Below, one piece after another: positions 1-9,002 of a stretch of DNA of 62,724 bases. Within the stretch, counting starts at the first letter, position 1; every line of letters starts with the position of its first letter. The notes under the pieces were generated by a model. It ran no database searches. It saw only the letters and a list, made by a program, of their open reading frames with translations, and was not told the DNA's origin. The DNA comes from an uncultured bacterium (lineage in GTDB: Bacteria; Arandabacterota; Arandabacteria; Arandabacterales; JALGWA01), in assembly GCA_964604955.1 (NCBI GenBank), contig CAZSBE010000004.1, forward strand, positions 1 to 62,724. Reading direction: 5' to 3'. The translations under genes and the position numbers were made by a program.

Positions 1-378
1 GACTACTTCGAAATCGCCACCATAGCATTCGACCGTACGTACCTCGAGGAGCAGGAGAGAGGTATGGAGAAGTTCATGAAGATGCAGTTCTACATGTCAA
101 TCGCCAAGAAGGGGATCTACGCGGTGGCGATATTCTTCGCGATATTCATGGTCATCAAGCTCGTAAAGAAGGCAGCCCGCGTCATCGAGGATGCATCCAA
201 GGCCCTCCCCCAGGCGGCCCCGCGCATTCAGCACCAGGTGGCCGTCCCGCAGGGCGGTGGCGAGAAGGCTTCAAGGGCCCGGGCGCCTCTTGCGGCGGGC
301 GCCGGCCTGAACTATGCCGTGGAGAATCCCAAGGAAACAGCGTCACTTATCAAGTCCATGATGGAAGAGGGGGAATAA
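1..378 (+). CDS. fliF: Flagellar MS-ring protein FliF, C-terminal fragment (5' end outside window)
   Basis: The frame is open from base 1 into the tracked 64..378 ORF (DYFEIATIAFDRTYLEEQERGMEKF...). A hydrophobic helix (IYAVAIFFAIFMVIKLV) is followed by a short tail that ends 3 nt before fliG, as at the FliF C-terminus. Confidence 0.7.
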   Translation, partial: DYFEIATIAFDRTYLEEQERGMEKFMKMQFYMSIAKKGIYAVAIFFAIFMVIKLVKKAARVIEDASKALPQAAPRIQHQVAVPQGGGEKASRARAPLAAGAGLNYAVENPKETASLIKSMMEEGE

Positions 379-381
379 GCC

Positions 382-1410
382 GTGGCTGAGCCGGCCAACT
401 GGGGTCAGATCAACGGTAAGAAGAAGGCCGCTATCTTCCTGCTGTCTCTCGGGAGCGAGGCCTCCGCCGAAGTCATCAAGAACCTCGATGAGCGGGAAAT
501 AGAGGCGCTGGCGAACGAGATCGCTGCGATCGGGATGGTGCCCCAGAACGTGAAAGACAACGTGCTCAAGGAAATGGCATCCGCCCTTGGATCAGCCGCG
601 ACCGGCGGTACGGGCGGGGTAGGGAAGGCCGAGGAGATGCTGGAAGTGGCGCTCGGCAAGCCCAGGGCCTCCGAGATCGTCGGCAAGATGAAGATGCGGA
701 AGGCGAGCGGGGCCCTGAGGCAGATTGAGGAGATGGACTCGGGCACCGTGGTGGAATTCCTGAAGAACGAGCATCCCCAGACGATCGCGCTCATAGTCGC
801 CCATCTGGAATCTCAGGCGGCCGCCAATATGCTCGCCGCGCTTCCCGAGGAACAGCGCGTCGAGGTCGCGCGCCGCATAGCGACCCTGGGTACGGTGTCG
901 CCCGATGCCGCCGCGGAGGTCGAGCAAATTCTGGCCTTCCAGCTGGAGGGACTCGGCAGAGGAGAAGACGTATCCACCACGAGCGGCGTCAAGATTCTGG
1001 CGGATATCCTCAATGTCGCCGACAGGTCGACGGAGAAGGAAGTGCTGGGCGCGATTTCCGATGAGAATCCGGAGATCGCGAACCAGGTCAAGCAGCTTCT
1101 CTTCGTCTTCGACGACATACTCAAGCTCGACGACAGGTCGGTGCAGAGAGTGCTGCGCGAGGTTGACACCAACGACCTCGCCCTGGCCCTCAAGGCCTCC
1201 GACGAAGAAATCAAGAAGAAGATTCTGAACAACGTTTCCGAGCGCGCCGCGGAAATGATCCAGGAAGAAATCGAGTACATGGGTCCGAAGAGGCTGAGCG
1301 AAGTCGAAGCGGCCCAGCTCCGGATCATCGAAGTCATACGAAGCCTGGAGGAAGCCAACGAGATCATCATTCCAGGCCGCGGAGGAGGTTCCGGTGACAC
1401 TGTTGTCTAG
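382..1410 (+). CDS. fliG: Flagellar motor switch protein FliG
   Basis: 342 aa with full-length FliG-like sequence (KAAIFLLSLGSEASAEVIKNLDEREIEALANEIA... MGPKRLSEVEAAQLRIIEVIRSLEE). Sits between fliF and fliH. Confidence 0.95.
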   Translation: MAEPANWGQINGKKKAAIFLLSLGSEASAEVIKNLDEREIEALANEIAAIGMVPQNVKDNVLKEMASALGSAATGGTGGVGKAEEMLEVALGKPRASEIVGKMKMRKASGALRQIEEMDSGTVVEFLKNEHPQTIALIVAHLESQAAANMLAALPEEQRVEVARRIATLGTVSPDAAAEVEQILAFQLEGLGRGEDVSTTSGVKILADILNVADRSTEKEVLGAISDENPEIANQVKQLLFVFDDILKLDDRSVQRVLREVDTNDLALALKASDEEIKKKILNNVSERAAEMIQEEIEYMGPKRLSEVEAAQLRIIEVIRSLEEANEIIIPGRGGGSGDTVV

Positions 1411-2041
1411 GCTCATACGGAGAGCCGAGATCGGCAAGGAGCCGTATCCTGTTTCGGCGGAACGCGACGGCGACCCGGCGGCCGCCGGCGCCGGGCTCGA
1501 TGGGAACGGAACCGGCGGCCGGGACCATGCCGAGGATGAGAGGAACCGCGTCTTCGAGGAGGGCCGCATGCAGGGCCGTTCCGAGTGTAAGGCCGAGCTG
1601 GAGGCCGAGGTGCGGGAGAAAGTCCGGTATTTCGCTTCGATGGTGGAGGACCTCCTTGTGCAGAGGAAGAGGCTGCTCATGGATTCGGAAGAGGCGGTGG
1701 TGAAACTGAGCTGCGATATAGCCAGGCGGATAGTCGCCAGGACAGCCGAGATGGATGAAACGATGATAGTCGACGTCGTCAGGAACGCCCTGGGGCATCT
1801 GGCAAACAAGCAGAAGGTGACGATCCGGGTGAATCCAGCCGACGCGGAGGCCCTCCGGGCCTCGAGCGGCGAATGGGCCGAAGCCTCGGGAGCGGGTTCA
1901 GTTGTCGAGATAGCCGAAGACGTGAGAATCAAGCGAGGCGGTTGCCTCATAGAGGGCGAGTCGGGCTCAGTGGAGGCCCAGCTCGACAGACAGGTCGACA
2001 TGATAGAGAAAGCTCTGACGGAGGCCGTACATGCCGGTTGA
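1394..2041 (+). CDS. fliH: Flagellar export ATPase regulator FliH
   Basis: 215 aa. GTG start with GGAGGAGG just upstream; overlaps fliG by 17 nt. FliH/YscL-like C-terminal part (VTIRVNPADAEALR...GGCLIEGESGSVEAQLDRQV). Located between fliG and fliI. Confidence 0.75.
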   Translation: MTLLSRLIRRAEIGKEPYPVSAERDGDPAAAGAGLDGNGTGGRDHAEDERNRVFEEGRMQGRSECKAELEAEVREKVRYFASMVEDLLVQRKRLLMDSEEAVVKLSCDIARRIVARTAEMDETMIVDVVRNALGHLANKQKVTIRVNPADAEALRASSGEWAEASGAGSVVEIAEDVRIKRGGCLIEGESGSVEAQLDRQVDMIEKALTEAVHAG

Positions 2042-3341
2042 TGTGGAGAAATACAGCGCCGTTGTGTCCTCGGTCGATCCCGTTACGCTGAGCGGCTGTG
2101 TCCGGCAGGTAATCGGGCTCGTCATCGAGTCGGACGGCCCCACGGTGTCGATCGGCGAGACGTGCCTTATCGAGAACGGCTCCGCTTCCAGGGCGGTGCG
2201 CTGCGAGGTCGTCGGTTTCAGGGACAAGAAGGTCCTCCTCATGCCCCTGGGCGAGATCTCCGGGATTTCCCCGGGATGCCGCGTGATCGCTGCGCGCGAG
2301 CAGTTCAGAGTCAAGGTCGGCCACGAGCTGCTGGGTAGAGTGATCAACGGCCTCGGCCAGCCCATAGACGGCAAGGGCCCCATTCAAGCGAGCGCCACCC
2401 GAATGGTCTCGCAGGAGGCTCCTCACCCCCTCAAGCGGAAGAGGATCTCGAGCCACCTGGCCACCGGCATCAGGTCCGTGGACGCTATGCTCACGTGCGG
2501 CAGGGGCCAGAGGATCGGCGTCTTCTCCGGAAGCGGAGTGGGGAAGAGCGTCCTCCTGGGAATGGTGGCAAGGAATTCGGAGGCGGACGTCAACGTAATC
2601 GCCCTCATAGGAGAGAGGGGCAGGGAAGTCCGGGACTTCCTCGATAAGGACCTCAAGGAAGAGGGCCTCAAGAAGTCCGTGGTGGTTACCGTGACATCCG
2701 ACCAGGCGTCCCTGATACGAGTGAAGGGCGCAATGACGGCTACCGCCATAGCCGAGTACTTCAGGGATCTCGGTCTGGACGTGATGCTGATGATGGACTC
2801 GGTGACGCGCGTCGCCATGAGCCAGCGCGAGATAGGCCTGGCCATAGGAGAGCCCCCGACTTCGAAGGGCTATACGCCGTCAGTCTTCGCCATGCTCCCG
2901 CGGCTCCTGGAGCGCTCCGGCACGGCGGAGGTCGGGAGCATCACAGGGCTCTATGCGGTGCTGGTGGAAGGCGACGACATGACCGAGCCCATAGCCGATG
3001 CCGTGAGGTCCATACTCGACGGCCATATAGTGCTCTCGAGGAAGCTGGCGCATCAGAACCACTACCCGGCCGTGGACGTTCTCGACAGCGTCAGCAGGCT
3101 GATGATAGACATCGTACCGCCCGAGCACCGCCAGGCCGCGAACAGGCTCCGCGAGATCCTCGCGACGTACAGGGAAAACGAGGACCTTATCAACATCGGG
3201 GCCTATGTCAAAGGCAGCAATCCCAAGATCGACATGGCCATAGAGAGAATGCCTGTAATCAATGAGTTTCTCAGGCAGGGACTGGATGAGACATCCGGTT
3301 TCGAAGACACGGTTAAGAGGCTGGTACAACTCTGTGAATAG
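2031..3341 (+). CDS. fliI: Flagellum-specific type III export ATPase FliI
   Basis: 436 aa. Walker A GSGVGKSVLLGM, Walker B VMLMMDSVTR. Resembles FliI/T3SS ATPases over its full length. Confidence 0.95.
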   Translation: MPVDVEKYSAVVSSVDPVTLSGCVRQVIGLVIESDGPTVSIGETCLIENGSASRAVRCEVVGFRDKKVLLMPLGEISGISPGCRVIAAREQFRVKVGHELLGRVINGLGQPIDGKGPIQASATRMVSQEAPHPLKRKRISSHLATGIRSVDAMLTCGRGQRIGVFSGSGVGKSVLLGMVARNSEADVNVIALIGERGREVRDFLDKDLKEEGLKKSVVVTVTSDQASLIRVKGAMTATAIAEYFRDLGLDVMLMMDSVTRVAMSQREIGLAIGEPPTSKGYTPSVFAMLPRLLERSGTAEVGSITGLYAVLVEGDDMTEPIADAVRSILDGHIVLSRKLAHQNHYPAVDVLDSVSRLMIDIVPPEHRQAANRLREILATYRENEDLINIGAYVKGSNPKIDMAIERMPVINEFLRQGLDETSGFEDTVKRLVQLCE

Positions 3342-3349
3342 AGGGTCAT

Positions 3350-3832
3350 ATGTGCGCGTTTAAGTTCAGGCTGGAATCGGTTGTCGGCCTGAAGAAACAG
3401 AAAGAGGATCAGCGCAGAATAGCGCTTGCCGGAGCCAAGAAGGACCTCCAGCAGAAAGAGGAGTGTCTCCTCGGTCTCCACAACGAAAAAAGCGATTGCG
3501 TCGAAGCCGTTGGAAGCAAAGCTGAAAGCGGCGGAGTGAATATAGCCGAAATGCTCGTTTACTACGCGTACCTGGAGAAACTGACTGACGAAATAGCGGA
3601 AAGCACCGGTGTCGTCGAGCGCTCGCGCGAGGACGTCGAGAGCAAGCGCGAGCTTCTTCTCCGGAGTTCCCGGGAGAAGAAGGCGCTCGAGAATCTCAGG
3701 GAGAAAATGAAGGCCCGTTATCTCCTCGCGGCGCGCAGGGCTGAACAGGTCGACATGGACGAGACCGCGAGCCGGTTCCATACGCTCAAGTCGGAGAAAG
3801 GTCTCGACTGGAAAGAGGAAAAACAATCATGA
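3350..3832 (+). CDS. fliJ: Flagellar export chaperone/stalk protein FliJ
   Basis: 160 aa charged coiled-coil protein (FKFRLESVVGLKKQKEDQRRIALAGAKKDLQQKEE) directly after fliI. Confidence 0.7.
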   Translation: MCAFKFRLESVVGLKKQKEDQRRIALAGAKKDLQQKEECLLGLHNEKSDCVEAVGSKAESGGVNIAEMLVYYAYLEKLTDEIAESTGVVERSREDVESKRELLLRSSREKKALENLREKMKARYLLAARRAEQVDMDETASRFHTLKSEKGLDWKEEKQS

Positions 3833-4383
3833 AGCTGCTAGAGAAGATCAAGGTCCCGCTCGATGTGATTCTCATTGTCGTGGCGCCTTTCGCGGGGTTC
3901 CTGGTCCTTTTCATGTATCTGGCCGGATTGATCCCCGCGCAGCCCATAGTGGTGGAGATACCCGCTGATGCGGTCGTGAGGCAGCTCGGCGAAGAGCCGA
4001 CTGAAGAGGCCGCGGAGGGGGCGGTGACTGGCGCCCCGTCCGAGCCGGCACCCGAACAGGCCTCGCCGCCGGCCGAAAGCAGGACGACTCCGCCCGAGAG
4101 TGAGCACCTCAAGGAAGCTGTCGAGCAAGTGCCCCCGAGCGTCGCGGGCAAGCCCTTGATCGTGAAAAACCCCATTGACGAGGAACGGGCCGGCAGGGTC
4201 AAGCAGATAGCCAAGGTGTATGACCAGATGAATGCGAGCAGTGTCGCAGCGATAGTCAAGAGCATGAGCGACAGGGACGCGGTTGAGATCCTCTCGATGA
4301 TGAACCCGAGAAACGCCGCGAGGGTACTGGCCGCGCTGGACCCGGACAAGGCGGCAACGCTCAGCCTGATGCTGGCGGAGTGA
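3829..4383 (+). CDS. Flagellar operon protein with MgtE_N-like domain (YlxF/FlbB-like)
   Basis: 184 aa. N-terminal TM helix, Pro/Glu-rich linker, and C-terminal MgtE_N-type helical segment (VAAIVKSMSDRDAVEILSMMNPRNAARVLAALDPDKAA). Occupies the same slot as B. subtilis ylxF. Confidence 0.6.
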   Translation: MKLLEKIKVPLDVILIVVAPFAGFLVLFMYLAGLIPAQPIVVEIPADAVVRQLGEEPTEEAAEGAVTGAPSEPAPEQASPPAESRTTPPESEHLKEAVEQVPPSVAGKPLIVKNPIDEERAGRVKQIAKVYDQMNASSVAAIVKSMSDRDAVEILSMMNPRNAARVLAALDPDKAATLSLMLAE

Positions 4384-4393
4384 GAAGGAAGCG

Positions 4394-5881
4394 ATGATTA
4401 ACTTCGGTTTCACAGCGAGTACAGCCGGAATAGGGCAGGCCGCGGGCAATCCGGCGGGTAAGAGCCTGGTCCAGGGAACGGAAGCTGCGAGCGGCGCCGC
4501 CGCCGGTTTCTTCGGCATGCTGCTCGCCCTGTTCTCACGGCCTATCGGACCCGACCTTCCGGTCATGACCGGGAGCGACGCGGGCCGGGCCGGAACCAGC
4601 CAGAGCCAGGAAGAGTCTGCGTCTCAGGGTCTCGCCGGGCGGGGCGGCGCTATCGTCTCCGGCGAGGCGGACATGGTCTCCGGCGACGCGGCCGCGGCGG
4701 CCGCCTGGGCCCAGGTCGGTGCGCCCGTACTCGCGGGAGGCGGCAATGCTACCGGTCAGGCGATTCATTACGTCCGGACCTTGACGGCCGCGGCCGCGGC
4801 CGCGGATGAGGCGGGCCCGGGGATCCCCGTTATGTCCGACGGCGAATCCGACGGGCTTGACATTCTGCTGGCACAGGTAACAGGCCGGCAGCTCGAGGTG
4901 CTCCACAATTCGATGAAATGGGCGACGGACATCGAGCCCGCCGAAAGGGACGCGGGCGGCGACGCTCCGGTCTGGCACGGCCCGGGCGCCGGGATTGCAG
5001 GTGGGCGGGGAACCAGCGTACCGCCCGGCGCGCCGGTCATAGCGGACGTCCTCGCGCTGAATAGGGAAATGGACCGGCCCGGGGGCGGCGTTCCGGCCAA
5101 CCGCATCGCCGGCTTCCTGCCCGACAATCTCTTCCGGGTGAGCGAAGGCGCTGATGAGCCGGTCCAGAGCCGGACGCTCGAGGCCTTTGCCCGGATGGCG
5201 GAAGGCACCGCAGCCCTCAGGCAGACAGTTCCCGACACGGAGACGGGCGGGAGCACGACGGTGATTCCGGGCCAGGGGCTCGTCTCAATGGAAGAGGCGA
5301 ACGGTGCGTCGCTGACCGCCGTGCGCAGTGAAGCGGTCCTGGCTTCCCTTCTGAAGATGGCGCCCGCCCGCAGGGTTGAGCCCGTCCTGGCCCGTGAGGA
5401 TGTTGAGGAAGCCTTCACATACGGCGCTCCCCAGGAGGCGGCATCCTCAGGCGGCAAGACCGCTGCCGCACCGGATGTCTGGGCCAGGTCGGCTGTCTCG
5501 AGAGTCCACGGTGAGGTTCTGGACGCGAGGGCGGCCGGCAAGACGACGGTGAGTTTCGATATCACCACGGAGAGCGGAGAGCTGGTGCGGGTCCGCATCG
5601 CGATGAGAAGCAACGTCGTTACCGGCCGGATCGGCGTCATGGACGCTGAAACGAAGCAGGTCCTGGCGCTTCACATTCCGGAGCTCAACCAGCGGCTCCA
5701 GATGGAGAATCTCGTGCCGGAGCGGTTCGACGTGTATGTCATGAACGGAAACGGAGAAGGCGGGAGGCGCGGGCAGCAACGCAAGCCCAGGTGGGCCTCC
5801 GGGCAGGCCGACGAGCAGAAGGGCGAGGATGACTTCATGTTCGTGTCATCCGGTACAGGAACATTCGAGAAATGGGCATAG
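4394..5881 (+). CDS. fliK: Flagellar hook-length control protein FliK
   Basis: 495 aa. Ala/Gly/Pro-rich N-terminal part and Flg_hook-type C-terminal domain (VRVRIAMRSNVVTGRIGVMDAETKQVLALHIPELNQRLQ). Canonical position before flgD. Confidence 0.75.
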   Translation: MINFGFTASTAGIGQAAGNPAGKSLVQGTEAASGAAAGFFGMLLALFSRPIGPDLPVMTGSDAGRAGTSQSQEESASQGLAGRGGAIVSGEADMVSGDAAAAAAWAQVGAPVLAGGGNATGQAIHYVRTLTAAAAAADEAGPGIPVMSDGESDGLDILLAQVTGRQLEVLHNSMKWATDIEPAERDAGGDAPVWHGPGAGIAGGRGTSVPPGAPVIADVLALNREMDRPGGGVPANRIAGFLPDNLFRVSEGADEPVQSRTLEAFARMAEGTAALRQTVPDTETGGSTTVIPGQGLVSMEEANGASLTAVRSEAVLASLLKMAPARRVEPVLAREDVEEAFTYGAPQEAASSGGKTAAAPDVWARSAVSRVHGEVLDARAAGKTTVSFDITTESGELVRVRIAMRSNVVTGRIGVMDAETKQVLALHIPELNQRLQMENLVPERFDVYVMNGNGEGGRRGQQRKPRWASGQADEQKGEDDFMFVSSGTGTFEKWA

Positions 5882-5900
5882 CCTGAGAGGGGGTGAATAC

Positions 5901-6581
5901 ATGGAAATTCAGGGAGTAAGCGGTTTCGATGCCGCGACGGAGAGCATTTTCAACGATTCCAGGATACTGGGCAAGGACGATTTCCTCAAACTCCTGACGG
6001 TGCAGCTCCAGAATCAAGACCCGATGGAACCGCAGGACAACACGGAGATGGTCGCCCAGCTGGCGCAATTCAGTTCGCTCGAGCAGCTCGAGAACATGAA
6101 CCAGAATCTCGCCAGCAGCCTGGATCTCGATCTGATACTGACACAGGTGCTCAACAACACCTCAGCCGCCGGACTCATCGGCAAGTCGGTGCTGGCCAAC
6201 GGCAACGCAGTTGAGGTTGCCGCCGCCGGGGACGACACAACCGTCAACTTCGATCTTGCCGCGAACGCAGACTCGCTCACGGTGACTATCTACGATGAGA
6301 GCGGCGCGCTGGTTCGCACGATCGAGCACGGTGGTATGGAGGCCGGTCGTCAGTCGCTCGAGTGGGACGGCAAGGACTCCGCCGGCAACGATGTCGCTGC
6401 GGGGGCTTACACGTTCAAGGTAGCGGCGACGGACGGTGAGGGCAACTCTATCGATGTGTCGCCTCTGGTCATGGGGAGCGTGGACGTAGTCAAGTTCGTC
6501 AATGGCGAAGCGGTTCTCGTTCTCGACGGCGTCGAGGTGTCGATATCGGAGATCATCGAGATCTATAGGGAAGAAACGTAA
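5901..6581 (+). CDS. flgD: Flagellar hook capping/assembly protein FlgD
   Basis: ATG at 5901 is preceded by GAGAGGGGG. FlgD motif LGKDDFLKLLTVQLQNQDPMEP plus an Ig-like C-terminal domain (SLEWDGKDSAGNDVAAGAYTFKV). The tracked 5829 start overlaps fliK and has no RBS. Confidence 0.85.
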   Translation: MEIQGVSGFDAATESIFNDSRILGKDDFLKLLTVQLQNQDPMEPQDNTEMVAQLAQFSSLEQLENMNQNLASSLDLDLILTQVLNNTSAAGLIGKSVLANGNAVEVAAAGDDTTVNFDLAANADSLTVTIYDESGALVRTIEHGGMEAGRQSLEWDGKDSAGNDVAAGAYTFKVAATDGEGNSIDVSPLVMGSVDVVKFVNGEAVLVLDGVEVSISEIIEIYREET

Positions 6582-6979
6582 TGGCACTTGAAGGAGGTGA
6601 AACAGTGCAGCGAATCGGCGGGATTGGCAGCCACCCCAGTGTAGCCCGGAAGCCGGGTCAAGGGGCTCCGCCTGCCAAAGCGACGGAGGATTTCAAGGAC
6701 GTCCTTGCCGGTATTACGCGGGCCGATGGCGTCAAGTTCTCCAAGCACGCTCTGGAGCGCATCTCCGCCAGGGGGATGTCGCTGGACCATGCGAGCATGG
6801 AGCGGCTTAACAACGCCGTCGAAATGGCCGGCAGCAAGGGCGCCAACGAGTCTCTCGTGCTCATGGACGAGCTGGCTCTTATCGTCAGCGTCAAGAACAG
6901 GACAGTCATCACGGCGATGCCGAGCACGGAGACAAGGGGCAACGTGTTCACGGCGATCGACAGTGCGATCGTCGCATGA
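6581..6979 (+). CDS. Flagellar operon protein of the TIGR02530 type (function unknown)
   Basis: 132 aa. FSKHALERISARGMSLDHASMERLNNAVEMAGSKGANESLVLMDELALIVSVKNRTVITAM matches my recollection of the small protein found between flgD and flgE in Firmicutes and Spirochaetes. An alternative GTG start at 6605 has a strong GAAGGAGG RBS. Confidence 0.65.
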   Translation: MALEGGETVQRIGGIGSHPSVARKPGQGAPPAKATEDFKDVLAGITRADGVKFSKHALERISARGMSLDHASMERLNNAVEMAGSKGANESLVLMDELALIVSVKNRTVITAMPSTETRGNVFTAIDSAIVA

Positions 6980-7065
6980 GATCTAGAACGACGGGCCGGA
7001 CCTCTTGGTAGGAGGCCCTTCCGCTGCCGAACGACAGAGGCAGCGCCGAGGGAGGAGAAGAAGAA

Positions 7066-8988
7066 ATGTTGATGTCACTTTATACAAGCGTTTCCGGAAT
7101 GAGATCGAATCTCACAGCTCTCAACGTTTTCGGTAACAACATATCCAACGTGAACTCCATCGCGTTCAAGGGCGGCCGCGTGACCTTCAGGGAAGCGCTG
7201 GTCCAGACCCTTCAGGGCGCGCGCAGGCCGAACGGAAGCCTGGGCGGCGCCAACCCTGTGCAGCTGGGGCTCGGGATGGGCATTGGCAGCGTGGACAGCG
7301 TGCTCTCGCAGGGCGTGCTTCAGACCACCGGCCTCGGCACCGACCTCGGTATTAACGGAGAGGGTTTCTTCATAGTCAATGACGGTAGGAGAGACTACTA
7401 CACCAGGGCCGGCGCATTCACCTATGACCAGGACGGCAACTTCGTCGACCCGGCCACCGGGTATATCGTCCAGGGCAGGATGGCAAACCAGGACGGCGAG
7501 ATCGGCGCCAGCGCGACAATCGAGAATATCCAGCTCCCGTTCGGGATAAAGGTCCCGGCGAGGGCGACGAGCGAGCTAACGCTCGGGTGCAACCTCGATG
7601 CGTCTGCGACGACCTCAACGGCGTCCCTGTCGGACGCCGGCACCACGGGAATCAACCTGGTCAATGGCACAGCGTCGAACGGCGCGGGCGGCACGCACAC
7701 CGTCACCATCACGGGCCTCAACGCCACGCACAGCACGGCATCGGGTTCCAACCTGATTGACCCGGCGGGGCTCGACGGGACGGAGACGCTCGGTGCGCTC
7801 GGCGTCACGGATTTCTCGGACTTCACGCTCAGCGTTGACGGCGGCACCGCTGTCGCGGTCACCGGGCTCAGCGATACTTCGACGGTGCAGGACCTGATAA
7901 CGGCGATCAACAGCGCCGCTCCCGGAGTCAGCGCGTCTCTGGAGGCCGGTGAAGTTGTGCTCACGAGAGTCTATGCCGGCGACGGCACGCTTTACAATGT
8001 AGCCACCTCCGACGGCGTCGACGGCAATATCTCACGGCAGATATTCGGCGCAGCCGGCGGTTCGGCGTTTGTCGCCAACAGCGGCACAGCCAGTACCCTG
8101 GCGGCCGAGAACGTATTTACGCCTACCGGGCGGCCGCCCCTGCTCGCCGAGTCCCTGAGCCTCGTCGCTGATTCCATCACGGGTCTCATCACGGGCGTTG
8201 CGGGCATCGGCGGTTCCGGGGTAGAGGTCGAGGCGACCGCGGGCCTGGCCGAGGGCACGGCCGTGATCGATACTGCCGCTACCGAGCACTATACGTCGGT
8301 CGTCACTTATGACAGCCTGGGTGTCGCGCATAACCTCACTCTGAAGTTCTCGCGGTCGCCTGTGGCCAACGAGTGGTACTGGGACGCTTCCCTCGACGGG
8401 GGCGAGGTCATCGCCAGCGGGCAGTCGGGGAAAGTGACGTTTTTCAATGACGGTTCTCTCAACCAGTTGGAATTCGACAACGGTGCTACCGCTATTGCTT
8501 TTGATCCGGGTAGCGGGGCGGGCGCCGTTCAGATTTCGCTCGAGGCGGGAACCGGCGGAGGCTTTGACGGAATAACACAGTTCGCATCTCCGTTCAGCAC
8601 GACGGTGAGGGCACAGAACGGCTATGAGATGGGCAACCTGATTGATGTCGAAATCGACGGCACGGGAGTCATCTCGGGAGTCTTCTCAAATGGGATGACG
8701 CGCTCGCTGGCTCAGATTGCCCTCGCCAAGTTCAACAACCCCGCCGGCCTGGAAAGGGCCGGCAATTCGCTCTTCACTGAGTCCAGCAACTCCGGCATGG
8801 CCATCAAGGGCGACCCGGGAGAAGTGGTGTTCGCTTCGATATCATCCGGTTCGCTCGAGATGTCCAACGTGGACCTCGCTGAGCAATTCGTCGACATGAT
8901 TGTCGCGCAGCGTGGTCTTCAGGCAAGCGCGAGAGTGCTGAGCGCAAGTGACGAGATGCTGGCGGAGGTAGTGAACCTGACGAGGTAA
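7066..8988 (+). CDS. flgE: Flagellar hook protein FlgE
   Basis: 640 aa. N-terminal axial-protein motif (SLYTSVSGMRSNLTALNVFGNNISNVNSIAFKG) and C-terminal motif (SNVDLAEQFVDMIVAQRGLQASARVLSASDEML). GGAGGAG lies 8 nt upstream. Confidence 0.9.
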   Translation: MLMSLYTSVSGMRSNLTALNVFGNNISNVNSIAFKGGRVTFREALVQTLQGARRPNGSLGGANPVQLGLGMGIGSVDSVLSQGVLQTTGLGTDLGINGEGFFIVNDGRRDYYTRAGAFTYDQDGNFVDPATGYIVQGRMANQDGEIGASATIENIQLPFGIKVPARATSELTLGCNLDASATTSTASLSDAGTTGINLVNGTASNGAGGTHTVTITGLNATHSTASGSNLIDPAGLDGTETLGALGVTDFSDFTLSVDGGTAVAVTGLSDTSTVQDLITAINSAAPGVSASLEAGEVVLTRVYAGDGTLYNVATSDGVDGNISRQIFGAAGGSAFVANSGTASTLAAENVFTPTGRPPLLAESLSLVADSITGLITGVAGIGGSGVEVEATAGLAEGTAVIDTAATEHYTSVVTYDSLGVAHNLTLKFSRSPVANEWYWDASLDGGEVIASGQSGKVTFFNDGSLNQLEFDNGATAIAFDPGSGAGAVQISLEAGTGGGFDGITQFASPFSTTVRAQNGYEMGNLIDVEIDGTGVISGVFSNGMTRSLAQIALAKFNNPAGLERAGNSLFTESSNSGMAIKGDPGEVVFASISSGSLEMSNVDLAEQFVDMIVAQRGLQASARVLSASDEMLAEVVNLTR

Positions 8989-9002
8989 CGAACCTTTGAA
9001 GG

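Noticed and set aside
592-2001. 469 aa ORF on the minus strand opposite fliG/fliH. Similar long antisense ORFs occur at 3838-4566, 4768-5640, 8804-9638 and 11177-11905.
   Set aside because: All are fully overlapped by confidently recognised + strand flagellar genes. Their translations are Arg/Ser/Pro/Ala-rich low-complexity strings with no family resemblance. These are typical shadow ORFs of GC-rich DNA.
5829-5900. Tracked flgD start at 5829, overlapping fliK by 53 nt.
   Set aside because: There is no RBS, and the extra residues (MTSCSCHPVQEHSRNG...) are not FlgD-like. ATG 5901 follows GAGAGGGGG.
7022-7045. Hairpin CGCTGCC-N10-GGCAGCG just upstream of the flgE RBS, considered as an attenuator or terminator.
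   Set aside because: The stem is only 7 bp, with no U-tract and no supporting context. It may be an mRNA stabiliser, but the evidence is too thin to call.
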